Shown here piece by piece: positions 32,150 to 41,484 of a stretch of DNA of 64,000 nucleotides (its first letter is position 1; each line of letters opens with the position of its first letter). The stretch spans positions 768,001-832,000 of the forward strand of contig OZ271918.1 in the NCBI GenBank assembly GCA_965602015.1, given 5' to 3'. The notes beneath the pieces were generated by a model. It did not search any database and was not told where the DNA came from. It saw only the letters and a program-made list of their open reading frames with translations. This stretch comes from Salinispira sp. Its GTDB lineage: Bacteria; Spirochaetota; Spirochaetia; DSM-27196; Salinispiraceae. The translations under genes and the position numbers were made by a program.

Positions 32150-33109
32150 TCACTCCATAGGCTTCACGGGGATTCCCAAAACCACCCGGGCTTTCCCCTT
32201 TTCTCCCTGGCCATCCTCCTGGAAATATTCCTCGTAGGCCAGCCCGTCATCCGGGACAAAGCCGCTGATCGGCAGCCATTGCCCATAAAACCATTCCCAG
32301 GCCTTCTGATAGTCCTTGGGACCCAAATACCATTCGCTTCGAGCGTATGAACATTGCATAATCTCCATGACCCCGATTTTTCCATCTCCCTCAATGCCCC
32401 AGGGAACGTTAGTTCCAATACTCAGGCGGAGCTTTGGTTCTTCAGTGGTGGAAGGATCATTATGATAAAAAGACAAATACCGGGTGTTTGCGTTTTCCAA
32501 GAAACCCCGTGGACCCGCCCAACGACAATACTGGTCCCAGAGCCTCTGAAATAGACCGGCATCTCCCTTGTACGGCCCGGTGTGACGGACATAGGCAAAG
32601 GCCATCGCTTCCTGGTTAACGATCCGAACAATCCGCTTCGTTCGATCTTTTCCAATCCAAATTTGGCTTTGTTCTCTGTGCTCAATATGCCCCTCAGGGC
32701 CGGGAAATACTTCACGATCCTTGCGAAGGCCTTGCCGATTCTTGCTATCTTGCTCGTTTATTTTCTTTATAGAGAAAATCCGGATTCGCTCCTTACGATA
32801 TTCAGAAGGAGCTATGCCGAATTTTTCCTTGAAGGCTCTCGAAAAAGCCGAGGAGCTGGAGAACCCGCATTCCAGGGCGATGGTGGTGAGACTCTTCTTG
32901 CTGTCATACATCAAGAGGGCAGCTTTGGAGAGTCGGTGGCGAAGAATGAACTGATAGAGGGGTTCCCGGGCGATGGAAGAAAAAATTCTATGGAAGTGGA
33001 AAGGGGAAAATGCCGCCTCCCGAGCGAGGGTCTCCAAATCTAAAGGATCCCCGAGATGGGCTTCGATGTAATCCATGATTCGATTGATCCGTTGAGTATA
33101 TTCTTCCAA
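32150..33109 (-). CDS. AraC-family regulator with GyrI-like effector domain
   Basis: FSPFHFHRIF, CGFSSSSAFSRAFK, YVRHTGPY. Confidence 0.9.
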   Translation of the reverse strand: MEEYTQRINRIMDYIEAHLGDPLDLETLAREAAFSPFHFHRIFSSIAREPLYQFILRHRLSKAALLMYDSKKSLTTIALECGFSSSSAFSRAFKEKFGIAPSEYRKERIRIFSIKKINEQDSKNRQGLRKDREVFPGPEGHIEHREQSQIWIGKDRTKRIVRIVNQEAMAFAYVRHTGPYKGDAGLFQRLWDQYCRWAGPRGFLENANTRYLSFYHNDPSTTEEPKLRLSIGTNVPWGIEGDGKIGVMEIMQCSYARSEWYLGPKDYQKAWEWFYGQWLPISGFVPDDGLAYEEYFQEDGQGEKGKARVVLGIPVKPME

Positions 33110-33341
33110 CTCATCTCCTGTGCATAAACTTTGGGAAGCAATTGGTATTTTTACCGTCTGTTTTTGGCCTATCGGTTTTTCCGATTAATGCAGTTGGTAC
33201 CGCGCTTTCGTGGCAACAAAAACCCCGCCGGATGGCAGGGCTAATAGTAGAAAATAAATAGGTTTTCATCCAGTCGCGTGAACTCTCCCGGATCCCTTTG
33301 GGCCCACGCTCTGTTTTGAAAGATAACATTGGCTTTGCTAT

Positions 33342-34337
33342 TTACAGGTTTCCGATTGTGGCGACCATTACTGCCTTGATGGTGTGCAGCCGGTTTTCCG
33401 CCTGGTCGAAGACCACCGAGTGGTGGCTTCGGAACACCTCATCGGATACTTCCATTTCATGCAGACCGAATTTTTCCTTGATTTCCCGGCCGATTTCTGT
33501 GGCAGTATCGTGGAAGCTCGGAAGGCAGTGGAGGAATTTAACGTCGGGGTTTCCCGTTGCCTTAACCATTTTCATGTCCACCCTGAAAGGCTCGAGAAGT
33601 TTTATGCGTTGGGCGAACTGCTCCTCTTCACCCATTGAGACCCACACGTCGGTGTACAGCACGTCGGCTCCCTTGACCCCCGAGGCTATGTCGTCGGTGA
33701 GCACTATGCTGCCGCCGGTGGCATTGGCGACCAGCTTCATTTCTTCTACCAAATCCGGATCGGGAAACAGGCTCTTCGGCGCTACCGCGACGAAGTCGAT
33801 TCCCATCTTTGCCGACCCGATCATGAGGCTGTTGCCCATGTTGTTGCGGGCATCGCCGACGTAGACGAATTTTACCCGGTCCATGGGTTTGCCCACATGC
33901 TCCTGCACGGTCAGCAGATCGGCTAAAACCTGAGTCGGGTGGTAGCGGTCGGTGAGACCGTTCCACACCGGCACACCGGCATAACGGGAGATTTCGTTGC
34001 AGGTTTCCTGGTGAAAGCCCCGGAACTCGATGCCGTCGTAGTACCGCCCAAGAACCCTGGCGGTATCTTCGATGCTCTCCTTTTTGCCCATCTGGCTGTT
34101 GGACAGAAAAGTCACCTGTCCCCCTTCGTCGAACGCGGCGGTTTCGAAAGCCGCCCGTGTTCTGGTGGATGTCTTCTCGAAGAGCAACACGATATTCTTC
34201 CGGTCAAGCAGGTCGCCGCGTATGCCGGCGCGCTTCTTGTTCTTGAGATCGCGGCTGAGCTCCAGCAGATAGCGGATCTCCTCGGGGCTGAAATCTTTCA
34301 GCGTAAGAAAATGACGTCCTTTCAGATTTACTGGCAT
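33342..34337 (-). CDS. arcB: Ornithine carbamoyltransferase (catabolic context)
   Basis: [32 protein letters not shown] at 34337 after GAGGAG. Downstream of arcA. Confidence 0.93.
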   Translation of the reverse strand: MPVNLKGRHFLTLKDFSPEEIRYLLELSRDLKNKKRAGIRGDLLDRKNIVLLFEKTSTRTRAAFETAAFDEGGQVTFLSNSQMGKKESIEDTARVLGRYYDGIEFRGFHQETCNEISRYAGVPVWNGLTDRYHPTQVLADLLTVQEHVGKPMDRVKFVYVGDARNNMGNSLMIGSAKMGIDFVAVAPKSLFPDPDLVEEMKLVANATGGSIVLTDDIASGVKGADVLYTDVWVSMGEEEQFAQRIKLLEPFRVDMKMVKATGNPDVKFLHCLPSFHDTATEIGREIKEKFGLHEMEVSDEVFRSHHSVVFDQAENRLHTIKAVMVATIGNL

Positions 34338-34411
34338 TTGCTTCTCCTCATTATGTGTTCCGGCCCAACCCGGCCCAGGCCTTCGGGGCATCGGCCGCCC
34401 GGCCTTGTGTA

Positions 34412-35659
34412 CTAGCTCTCTTGAGAGTAATCCCTGGCCAGGGGCATGCTCATGCAGCGCGGACCCCCCCGGCCCCGGACCAGCTCCGATCCGGGTATTT
34501 CAACCACTTCCACGCCGTTTTTGCGAAGCAGGTCGTTTGATACCCGGTTCCTGCGGTAGGTAATCACCTTGGCCGGAGCAATGGCCAGGGTATTGGTACC
34601 GTCATTCCATTGCTCCCGTTCGGCGGTAAGCAGATCTCCGCCGCCGGTTTCGATGAGCTGCACCGCATCGATATCCAGCGCTGAAGCCAGGGTCCCCTTG
34701 AGATTTTCCCGGCTTTGAATGCGGATCTCGCCGTTGCCCGCAGGGGTCAGTTCGAAAAGTGTAATGTAATCTGCAATGCCGGGGAAGATGGTGAATTTGT
34801 CCCGGTCCACCATGGTGAACACCGTGTCCAAATGCATATAGGCCCGGGCGAAGGGTATCTGCATGACCAGTACCCGCCGCAGCTCGCTGTGTTCGGCGAA
34901 AAGCCGCTGGGTAAGCTCCTCAATGCCCTCGGGACTGGTGCGCGCGCTGCACCCGATGGCCAGGGTATGGGGACTGAGAATCAGGATGTCCCCTCCCTCG
35001 ATGCTGTCCCGTTCGTCGTAATGGTGCCAGGGCTTTTGACCGTGGCTCAGGAATCGGGGATGAAACTCGGCAATATACTCCAGCAGCATGCTCTCCCGAC
35101 GGCGGGCCCTGGCTTTCATGGTATTTACCGATAGCCGGTTGCCGATTACCGTGCCGTAGTCTCTGGAGAAGTAGAGATTGGGAAGGGGATCGAGATAAAA
35201 GGGGTAGCCCTCTTTAATATAAAAAGACAGCCGCTTCTCCTCGCCCCGGTGGGGAATCTCGGTTTTTGTAAGACCCGAAACCAGACTGCTGGCAAGATCG
35301 CCATCGGCCTTGTCCAACAGCAGCTGTCTGATATCTTCCTTCAGGGTTCGGGAGTTTACCCTCAATTCATCGAGAACCTCGTTAACTATCAGATCACGGG
35401 CCACGCCCCGTTCATTGCTGCGGCTCAGGGACTCGGCGAGCAGGTCCTCGAAGTACAGAACTTCCGCCCCGTGCTCCCGCAGGCGGGCGGCAAATTCATC
35501 GTGTTCTTTCTGCATCTGTTCAAGGTATGGTATGTCCTCGAAAAGCATCTCATCGAGATATTTGGGCATGAGCTGCTCGAGTTCCCGCCCCGGACGGTGA
35601 AGCAGGATACTCTGAATGGGATCAATCTCCGATCTGATGTTGAGAAATGCCGTACTCAT
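34412..35659 (-). CDS. arcA: Arginine deiminase
   Basis: [46 protein letters not shown]. Confidence 0.95.
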   Translation of the reverse strand: MSTAFLNIRSEIDPIQSILLHRPGRELEQLMPKYLDEMLFEDIPYLEQMQKEHDEFAARLREHGAEVLYFEDLLAESLSRSNERGVARDLIVNEVLDELRVNSRTLKEDIRQLLLDKADGDLASSLVSGLTKTEIPHRGEEKRLSFYIKEGYPFYLDPLPNLYFSRDYGTVIGNRLSVNTMKARARRRESMLLEYIAEFHPRFLSHGQKPWHHYDERDSIEGGDILILSPHTLAIGCSARTSPEGIEELTQRLFAEHSELRRVLVMQIPFARAYMHLDTVFTMVDRDKFTIFPGIADYITLFELTPAGNGEIRIQSRENLKGTLASALDIDAVQLIETGGGDLLTAEREQWNDGTNTLAIAPAKVITYRRNRVSNDLLRKNGVEVVEIPGSELVRGRGGPRCMSMPLARDYSQES

Positions 35660-35692
35660 TATGGGTCCGCTCCTCGTAATTCCGATAGTATG

Positions 35693-35753
35693 TTACCACT
35701 GTAATAGTAATAATGGAAGAGCAAAAGGACATCTGTTACTATTGCAGTAGTTA
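35693..35753. promoter_or_regulatory. Two palindromic operators in the arcA/ortA divergent region
   Basis: TTACCA CTGTAA TAGTAA (35693-35710) and TTACTA TTGCAG TAGTTA (35736-35753), each one mismatch from consensus. Confidence 0.75.
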
Positions 35754-35802
35754 TGATAAAATATCATCACCTGCCGTGCACCATAATTCAGGAGGCCGCC
35801 GG

Positions 35803-36114
35803 ATGATACCACAGGGAAGTCTCGTCGACATTCACACCATTCTGCTCAGCGCCGACCAGCGCAGTTCTTCAATCCCCGAGGACACCAAACGGGTGAATCT
35901 GGAGATGAAGGTCAAGGGCATTCTCTGCGCCGATGCGTCCCCCGGCGATTCGGTGGAAATCGAAACGCCCGTCGGGCGAAGGCTCAGGGGTACCCTGATA
36001 GAGGCCTATCCAGCCTATAAACACCGATTCGGACCGCCGATTCCCGAGCTGGTGAATATCGGAGGCGAACTTCGCCGCATCCTTCGGGATTACCGGGAGG
36101 CTGCTGATGAGTAG
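35803..36114 (+). CDS. ortA: 2-amino-4-ketopentanoate thiolase alpha subunit
   Basis: PEDTKRVNLEMKVKG, ETPVGR, HRFGPPIPEL. ATG at 35803 after AGGAGG. Overlaps ortB. Confidence 0.88.
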   Translation: MIPQGSLVDIHTILLSADQRSSSIPEDTKRVNLEMKVKGILCADASPGDSVEIETPVGRRLRGTLIEAYPAYKHRFGPPIPELVNIGGELRRILRDYREAADE

Positions 36115-37561
36115 GGTAGCACAAGACCGGGACCGCAGCTACCAGGCGGTCATGGCCCGAAAGTCGGAAATCATGCGCAGTTCGGTGGGCATAGACTACA
36201 GCGCGTACAACCACGGCACAATCGCCTTCGACTATGAAGCAATGCTTTCCGATCCGGGCTACGCCATTGAGGACATCGCCGCAATTCAGGCTGAAACCGC
36301 GGTGGGCAACACCCCCCTGGTTGAATTAAAAAATCTCACCGATATTGTCAGAGCCATGTCCAAACCCGGCATGGGCGCCAGAATCTTCATCAAGGATGAA
36401 GCCGCCAACCCTTCGGGATCATATAAGGACCGCCGGGCTTCTCTCTCAGCATGGGAGGCAAAAAAACGAGGCTACCGGGGCATCGCCGCGGCATCCAGCG
36501 GGAATTACGGAGCGGCAGTGGCCAGCCAGGCGGCAAAGCATGGTCTTGCCTCAATCATCGTTCAGGAGAGCTTTGACTCCCGGGGAGTGGAGCAGCCGGA
36601 AATTGCCGAGAAGACCCGGGCCTGCGAGGCCTACGGCGCCGAAGTGCAGCGGCTTTCGGTGGGGCCGGAGCTGTTCTATCAGTTCCTTCTCACCCTGGAA
36701 GACAGCGGTTTTTTCAACGCCTCGCTGTACACCCCGTTTTCTATTCTCGGAGTGGAGACCCTGGGAAGCGAACTGGTCAGCCAGGTCCGCAGCCGCTGCG
36801 GTCGGGACCCCGATGTGGTAATCGCCACCAACGCCGGCGGGGGTAACCTCACAGGTACCGCCAGGGGCATTGTGAAGGCCGGAGCCCAGTCATGTAGCAT
36901 TATCGGCGCCAGCGTCGACCTTTCCGGGCTCCACATGGCAAGCGACGGGGATTTTAACCGCAAGTCCTTCACCACGGGCCACACCGGCTTTGCCATACCG
37001 TTTACCACATGGCCTGACCGCAGCGACGTACCCCGTAGCGCAGCCCGTCCCCTGCGGTATATGGACCGTTTTGTCACCGTAACCCAGGGCGAGGTTTTCT
37101 ATGTTACCCAGGCACTTGCCGAGCTCGAGGGAATGGAGCGGGGCCCGGCGGGCAACACCTCCCTTGCCGCCGCGTTGAGCATTGCCCGGGAACTGCCGAG
37201 GGAACAGATTGTGGTAGTCCAGGAGACAGAGTATACCGGTGCGGGAAAGCATCCCATAGCCCAGCTGAATCTGGCCAGGCAGATGGGCATCGAGCTGCGC
37301 CGGGGAGACCCTTCCGAAAACCGGCCCGGCAAGGCCATCGTCATCCCCGAGCACCCATCCCAGATTCAGGCCCGAGAGGTGAGCATGGAGCGCCTCCAAA
37401 ACAGTTACCTCCAAAAAGCCCTGTCCGCCCTGGGCCGGGAGAGACCCGCGCTTGAAGTATTGGGACACTATGATATTGAGTACCTTGCAGCGGAAACCCG
37501 TCTTTCCGTCGATGGTATAAAAAAGCGTATTCTTCAGCTCGAAAATGCGAAAATCGAATAA
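36107..37561 (+). CDS. ortB: 2-amino-4-ketopentanoate thiolase beta subunit (PLP)
   Basis: VGNTPL, KDEAANPSGSYKDRRA, SSGNYG, ERGPAGNTS, VQETEYTGAGKH. Confidence 0.92.
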   Translation: MSRVAQDRDRSYQAVMARKSEIMRSSVGIDYSAYNHGTIAFDYEAMLSDPGYAIEDIAAIQAETAVGNTPLVELKNLTDIVRAMSKPGMGARIFIKDEAANPSGSYKDRRASLSAWEAKKRGYRGIAAASSGNYGAAVASQAAKHGLASIIVQESFDSRGVEQPEIAEKTRACEAYGAEVQRLSVGPELFYQFLLTLEDSGFFNASLYTPFSILGVETLGSELVSQVRSRCGRDPDVVIATNAGGGNLTGTARGIVKAGAQSCSIIGASVDLSGLHMASDGDFNRKSFTTGHTGFAIPFTTWPDRSDVPRSAARPLRYMDRFVTVTQGEVFYVTQALAELEGMERGPAGNTSLAAALSIARELPREQIVVVQETEYTGAGKHPIAQLNLARQMGIELRRGDPSENRPGKAIVIPEHPSQIQAREVSMERLQNSYLQKALSALGRERPALEVLGHYDIEYLAAETRLSVDGIKKRILQLENAKIE

Positions 37562-37628
37562 ATTACCCTTGCATTTTGCGAAATACGTTTTATTATCAGC
37601 GTAGAACGACCTGTTTCGGAGGTAGAGT

Positions 37629-38765
37629 ATGATAGTTGGAACTGTCAAAGAAATAAAGCGGCATGAATACCGGATCGGCCTCACTCCCCAGTGCGTGGCG
37701 GCCTATGTTTCTCACGGCCACAGCGTGCTGGTGGAGAAGGAAGCCGGACTGGGTGCGGGATTCACCGATGAGGAATACACCGAGGCCGGAGCCCAGCTGG
37801 CCGACAGCGCGGCAGAGGTGTTTAAAAAGGCCGATATGATCGTCAAGGTCAAGGAACCCCAGAAGCCCGAAGTGGCCATGCTCCGCAAGGGTCAGATTCT
37901 TTTTACCTACCTGCATCTCGCCGCCGACCAGGAGCTCACAGAATCGCTTCTGGCAAGCGAAGCCCACGGCGTGGCGTACGAAACCATCGAGCCCGAAGCC
38001 GGCTTGCTTCCCTGTCTCAAACCAATGAGCGAAATCGCCGGCAGGTTATCAGCCCAGGAAGGCGCGAAGTACCTTGAAAAGCCCTTCGGCGGGCGCGGGG
38101 TCCTTCTGGGAGGAGTACCCGGGGTGGCAAGGGGAAAGGTCGCCATTTTGGGAGCCGGCGTGGTGGGCACCAACGCAGCCCAGATCGCCATGGGAATGGG
38201 CGCCGACGTCACCATCCTGGATATCAACTCCCGCCGCCTGGAGTACCTCGACCAGCTCTATCACGGCACCCTGACAACCCTGTACTCCACGCCTCCCAAC
38301 GTAGAGCGGATCCTCCGGGAAAGCGACCTGATTATCGGGGCAGTGCTGATCCCCGGGGCCAAGGCCCCCCGGCTCGTTACCCGGCAGCAGCTCTCCCTGA
38401 TGAAACCCGGAGCCCTGCTGGTGGATGTGGCCATTGACCAGGGCGGCTGTTTCGAGACCTCCCGGCCGACGACCCATGACGATCCGGTGTATACCGTTGA
38501 CGGCATACAGCATTACTGCGTAGCCAATATGCCCGGAGCCGTAAGCCGGACCTCTACTCTGGCCCTGACCAGCACGACCCTTTCGTACGGGCTTATGCTG
38601 GCCGACAGGGGCATACAGACCGCATGCCGCAATAATGCCGCCCTGCGCCGAGGGGTTAATACCTTCGCAGGGAAGTTGACCTGCAAGGCTGTCGCCGAGG
38701 CCTTCGCTCTGGAATATACCGATCCCGCCGGAATTTTCGACGCCCCCGCCACGGCTTATGTATAA
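37629..38765 (+). CDS. ald: Alanine dehydrogenase
   Basis: VKVKEP, FTYLHLA, PMSEIAGR, GAGVVG, DVAIDQGG, YCVANMPG. Confidence 0.95.
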   Translation: MIVGTVKEIKRHEYRIGLTPQCVAAYVSHGHSVLVEKEAGLGAGFTDEEYTEAGAQLADSAAEVFKKADMIVKVKEPQKPEVAMLRKGQILFTYLHLAADQELTESLLASEAHGVAYETIEPEAGLLPCLKPMSEIAGRLSAQEGAKYLEKPFGGRGVLLGGVPGVARGKVAILGAGVVGTNAAQIAMGMGADVTILDINSRRLEYLDQLYHGTLTTLYSTPPNVERILRESDLIIGAVLIPGAKAPRLVTRQQLSLMKPGALLVDVAIDQGGCFETSRPTTHDDPVYTVDGIQHYCVANMPGAVSRTSTLALTSTTLSYGLMLADRGIQTACRNNAALRRGVNTFAGKLTCKAVAEAFALEYTDPAGIFDAPATAYV

Positions 38766-39195
38766 ACCCGACGAAGTCGACTGGAGTATTATCCGGCTGC
38801 TTCGGGAGGAATACGAAAACAACAACGCCATCGCCCGGAAGCTTGGGGTTTCAGAGGGCACTGTCCGCCAGAGAATACGCCGCCTCAAGGAGGCGGATAT
38901 TCTCAGGGTGCGCGGACAGATCAATCCGGATATCCTGGAAGAGCAGCAGCTTGCCCTCATCGGAATAAATGTGGGGCCGGCGGGAAAGCTCGAGACAAAG
39001 GCCCGGGAAATTGCCGCTCTGTCCCATGTGCAATCGGTCTCCATCGCCTCGGGCCGCTATGATGTCCTGGCCGAGGTTCTGGTGAGCTCCAACAAGGGGC
39101 TGGTTGATTTCCTTACTCATCAGCTTTCCACCGTGGACGGCCTGATATCCTCCGAGACCTTTCTGCTCCTGAAATCATATAACCGTTTTGTATAA
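38758..39195 (+). CDS. Lrp/AsnC-family regulator (AldR-like position)
   Basis: IARKLGVSEGTVRQRIRRL HTH and SGRYD. Overlaps ald. Confidence 0.88.
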   Translation: MYKPDEVDWSIIRLLREEYENNNAIARKLGVSEGTVRQRIRRLKEADILRVRGQINPDILEEQQLALIGINVGPAGKLETKAREIAALSHVQSVSIASGRYDVLAEVLVSSNKGLVDFLTHQLSTVDGLISSETFLLLKSYNRFV

Positions 39196-39208
39196 AAACC
39201 CAGCATTG

Positions 39209-39262
39209 TTGCCCGCGGCGTCGAGAAAAGCTACAATCGAGCATATACTACTGTAGTCGTAA
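39209..39262 (+). promoter_or_regulatory. iadA promoter with palindromic operator at +1
   Basis: TTGCCC (39209)-N17-TACAAT (39232-39237). ATACTA CTGTAG TCGTAA at 39245-39262 has two mismatches to consensus. Confidence 0.6.
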
Positions 39263-39283
39263 TGACCGGAGGTCGATTCGCCC

Positions 39284-40477
39284 ATGATTCTTATTCAAAA
39301 CGCCGACATCTATGCCCCCTCCCGCCTTGGTCGAAAAGACCTTCTTATGGCCGGCGGGAGCATAATTGCAATTGAGCCTGCGGGAGGACTTGATGACCTG
39401 TTGTCTTCTTCCCAGGTTGAAGTTTTCGACGCCGAGGGTATGACGGCGGTTCCGGGTTTTATCGACAATCATCTTCACCTTATCGGCGGAGGAGGGGAGG
39501 GGGGATATACGACCCGTACTCCGGAGATGATGCTGGGAGATATGGTGGCCCACGGCGTCACCTCAGTGGTCGGCACCCTGGGCACCGATGCCACCAGCCG
39601 GTCCATGGCCGATCTGCTTGCCAAGGTTAAGGCGCTGCGTGAAGAAGGCATCGGCGCATGGTGCTGGAGCGGAAATTACCACCTTCCGGTAAAAACCCTG
39701 ACGGGAAACCTGACCGACGACATCATGCTCATCGAAGAAGTGATCGGTGCGGGCGAGATCGCCGTGTCGGACCATCGTTCCAGCCAGCCGACGGTCTCGG
39801 AATTGGCCCGCCTTGCCTCCCAGGTCCGGGTGGGGGGAATGCTGTCCGGGAAAGCCGGATTGGTAAACCTCCATCTTGGCGACGGAAAGGGCGGTTTGGA
39901 GCTTCTGCGCGAGCTTATTGGTCAAACAGATATTCCGATTTCCCAGTTCCTGCCGACCCATCTCACCCGCAACCCCGGGCTGTTCAGTGAGGCAATAGAC
40001 TGGGCTTTACAGGGCGGACGGGTTGATTTCACCGCATGCACGGTGCAGTCTTTTCTCGATGATGGGGAAATTCGGGCCAGCGACGGCTTTCGCAGGATGC
40101 TCGATGCGGGAGTCGATCCCCGGAATATTACCTTTTCATCGGATGCCGGGGGAAGTCTGCCGGAATTCGACTCCCGGGGGGAGCTCATCGGCATGAGCAT
40201 CGGCAGCTGCTCCAGCCTCTATGGGGAAATAAAGCGGTCGGTAACCGAGCAGGGCATCGATCTGGAAACCGCGCTGCTTCCCGTGAGCGCTAATCCCGCC
40301 GCTACCCTGGGGTTGAAAGGCAAGGGGCGGCTCGAGGTCGGCTTTGATGCGGACATTGTCCTGCTCGATGGCCCGGCGGACAGAGGGGAAGCGGCAATTC
40401 ACAGTGTTTTTGCTCGTGGTAGGGCCATGGTGCGGGCCGGTGAGCTCCTTGTACGCTCCCGGTTTGAATCCCGGTGA
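39284..40477 (+). CDS. iadA: Isoaspartyl (beta-aspartyl) dipeptidase
   Basis: PGFIDNHLHLIGGGGEGG, GTLGTD, GEIAVSDHRSS, HLGDG, PTH, SSDAGGSLP. Confidence 0.93.
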   Translation: MILIQNADIYAPSRLGRKDLLMAGGSIIAIEPAGGLDDLLSSSQVEVFDAEGMTAVPGFIDNHLHLIGGGGEGGYTTRTPEMMLGDMVAHGVTSVVGTLGTDATSRSMADLLAKVKALREEGIGAWCWSGNYHLPVKTLTGNLTDDIMLIEEVIGAGEIAVSDHRSSQPTVSELARLASQVRVGGMLSGKAGLVNLHLGDGKGGLELLRELIGQTDIPISQFLPTHLTRNPGLFSEAIDWALQGGRVDFTACTVQSFLDDGEIRASDGFRRMLDAGVDPRNITFSSDAGGSLPEFDSRGELIGMSIGSCSSLYGEIKRSVTEQGIDLETALLPVSANPAATLGLKGKGRLEVGFDADIVLLDGPADRGEAAIHSVFARGRAMVRAGELLVRSRFESR

Positions 40478-40486
40478 GCGGAAGTT

Positions 40487-40840
40487 CTATGGAAGCTTGC
40501 TGTTGAGCCGATATTCCCGGCCGGCCCCGTCGCGGAACAGAAATTTATAATCGATAAGGTAGCGGCGAATGGTGGCCACGTCCTGGTAAACCGGCTTTAG
40601 GAGACCAGTGATGTCCCTGTCGCTGTAGACCCGATTCTTCTCAAACAGCCCGGCGACGGCTCGGAGCACCACAAGCTTCGCCTTTTCTTTTCGGGGAAAC
40701 GTCTTAATTTTAAATTCGGCGCCTCGGTCAATATGCTTGCCTTCTATGCTCCGGGCTTCCTCAACGGTAATGCGAACCCGGTCATCCTGTATGGGAATGT
40801 CAGGGTGATATTGTAGCAGCTCTGCCATGTCATTCTCCAT
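40487..40840 (-). CDS. DUF2087-like winged-helix protein
   Basis: FPRKEKAKLVVL...YQDVATIRRYLIDYKFLFR. Confidence 0.7.
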   Translation of the reverse strand: MENDMAELLQYHPDIPIQDDRVRITVEEARSIEGKHIDRGAEFKIKTFPRKEKAKLVVLRAVAGLFEKNRVYSDRDITGLLKPVYQDVATIRRYLIDYKFLFRDGAGREYRLNSKLP

Positions 40841-40881
40841 TGCACCAGAACACCCTCGAGGAGCTCATGTGTATGGCGTCT

Positions 40882-41277
40882 TTACGCCAAGGCTCTCATG
40901 ACGCCCGGGGCAAAATTTCGGATGTAATCTTTTGCGGCGTCCCCCGCACTGACCTGCGGCTGGGTCTGCTTCAAATAGTACCAGTGAGTCGACAATCGGA
41001 ACAAGCGTTCGGCCCGGCTGAGATCCGGGAATGCCATCCGGAAATCCGGCGTCTCGCAGGCCGTGAGAAGGGGCTCGAACACCTCTTCCATCCAGGAAAA
41101 CACCGCCTCCCCCCATTCGAGGGGCCATGACGCCTCTTCACTTCTGAAATATTTATGTACATCTACATGATCAACCAGGTTGTCCCACCAGCTTTCATCT
41201 TCGGGAAACATGCCCAGATTGAGCAGCGTCATCTTAAGCAGGTATTTCTTTTCGTCTTTCGGAATGATATAATTCAT
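40882..41277 (-). CDS. Hypothetical protein (DUF4032-like)
   Basis: ATG after GGGAGG. HKYFRSE, SWMEEVFEP, HWYYL pattern. Confidence 0.55.
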   Translation of the reverse strand: MNYIIPKDEKKYLLKMTLLNLGMFPEDESWWDNLVDHVDVHKYFRSEEASWPLEWGEAVFSWMEEVFEPLLTACETPDFRMAFPDLSRAERLFRLSTHWYYLKQTQPQVSAGDAAKDYIRNFAPGVMRALA

Positions 41278-41484
41278 CTTCCCTCCCAGACAGAAGCCTT
41301 ATGATTTCTGTCCGGGAGATAATGTATCCCGCTGCAGGAAAATGTCAACAATAATCCTTGACAAAACACAATTTTAACCCGTATCAAAATTTCTCTAAAA
41401 TATCCTTGTTTTATGTGATATTTTTGAATGACGATCGGGATACGCATTGCCTTTTTTTTTCCGTCAGCCCATTATGTATATATC

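Noticed and set aside
35713..35802. Upstream extensions of ORF-track starts (ortA 35713; also cphB 8012, oppA 2669, arcB 34391, ilvD 61466, hemerythrin 59692)
   Set aside because: The extensions run through operator/promoter DNA or overlap neighbouring genes. Downstream ATGs fit family lengths better, and most have a clear RBS.
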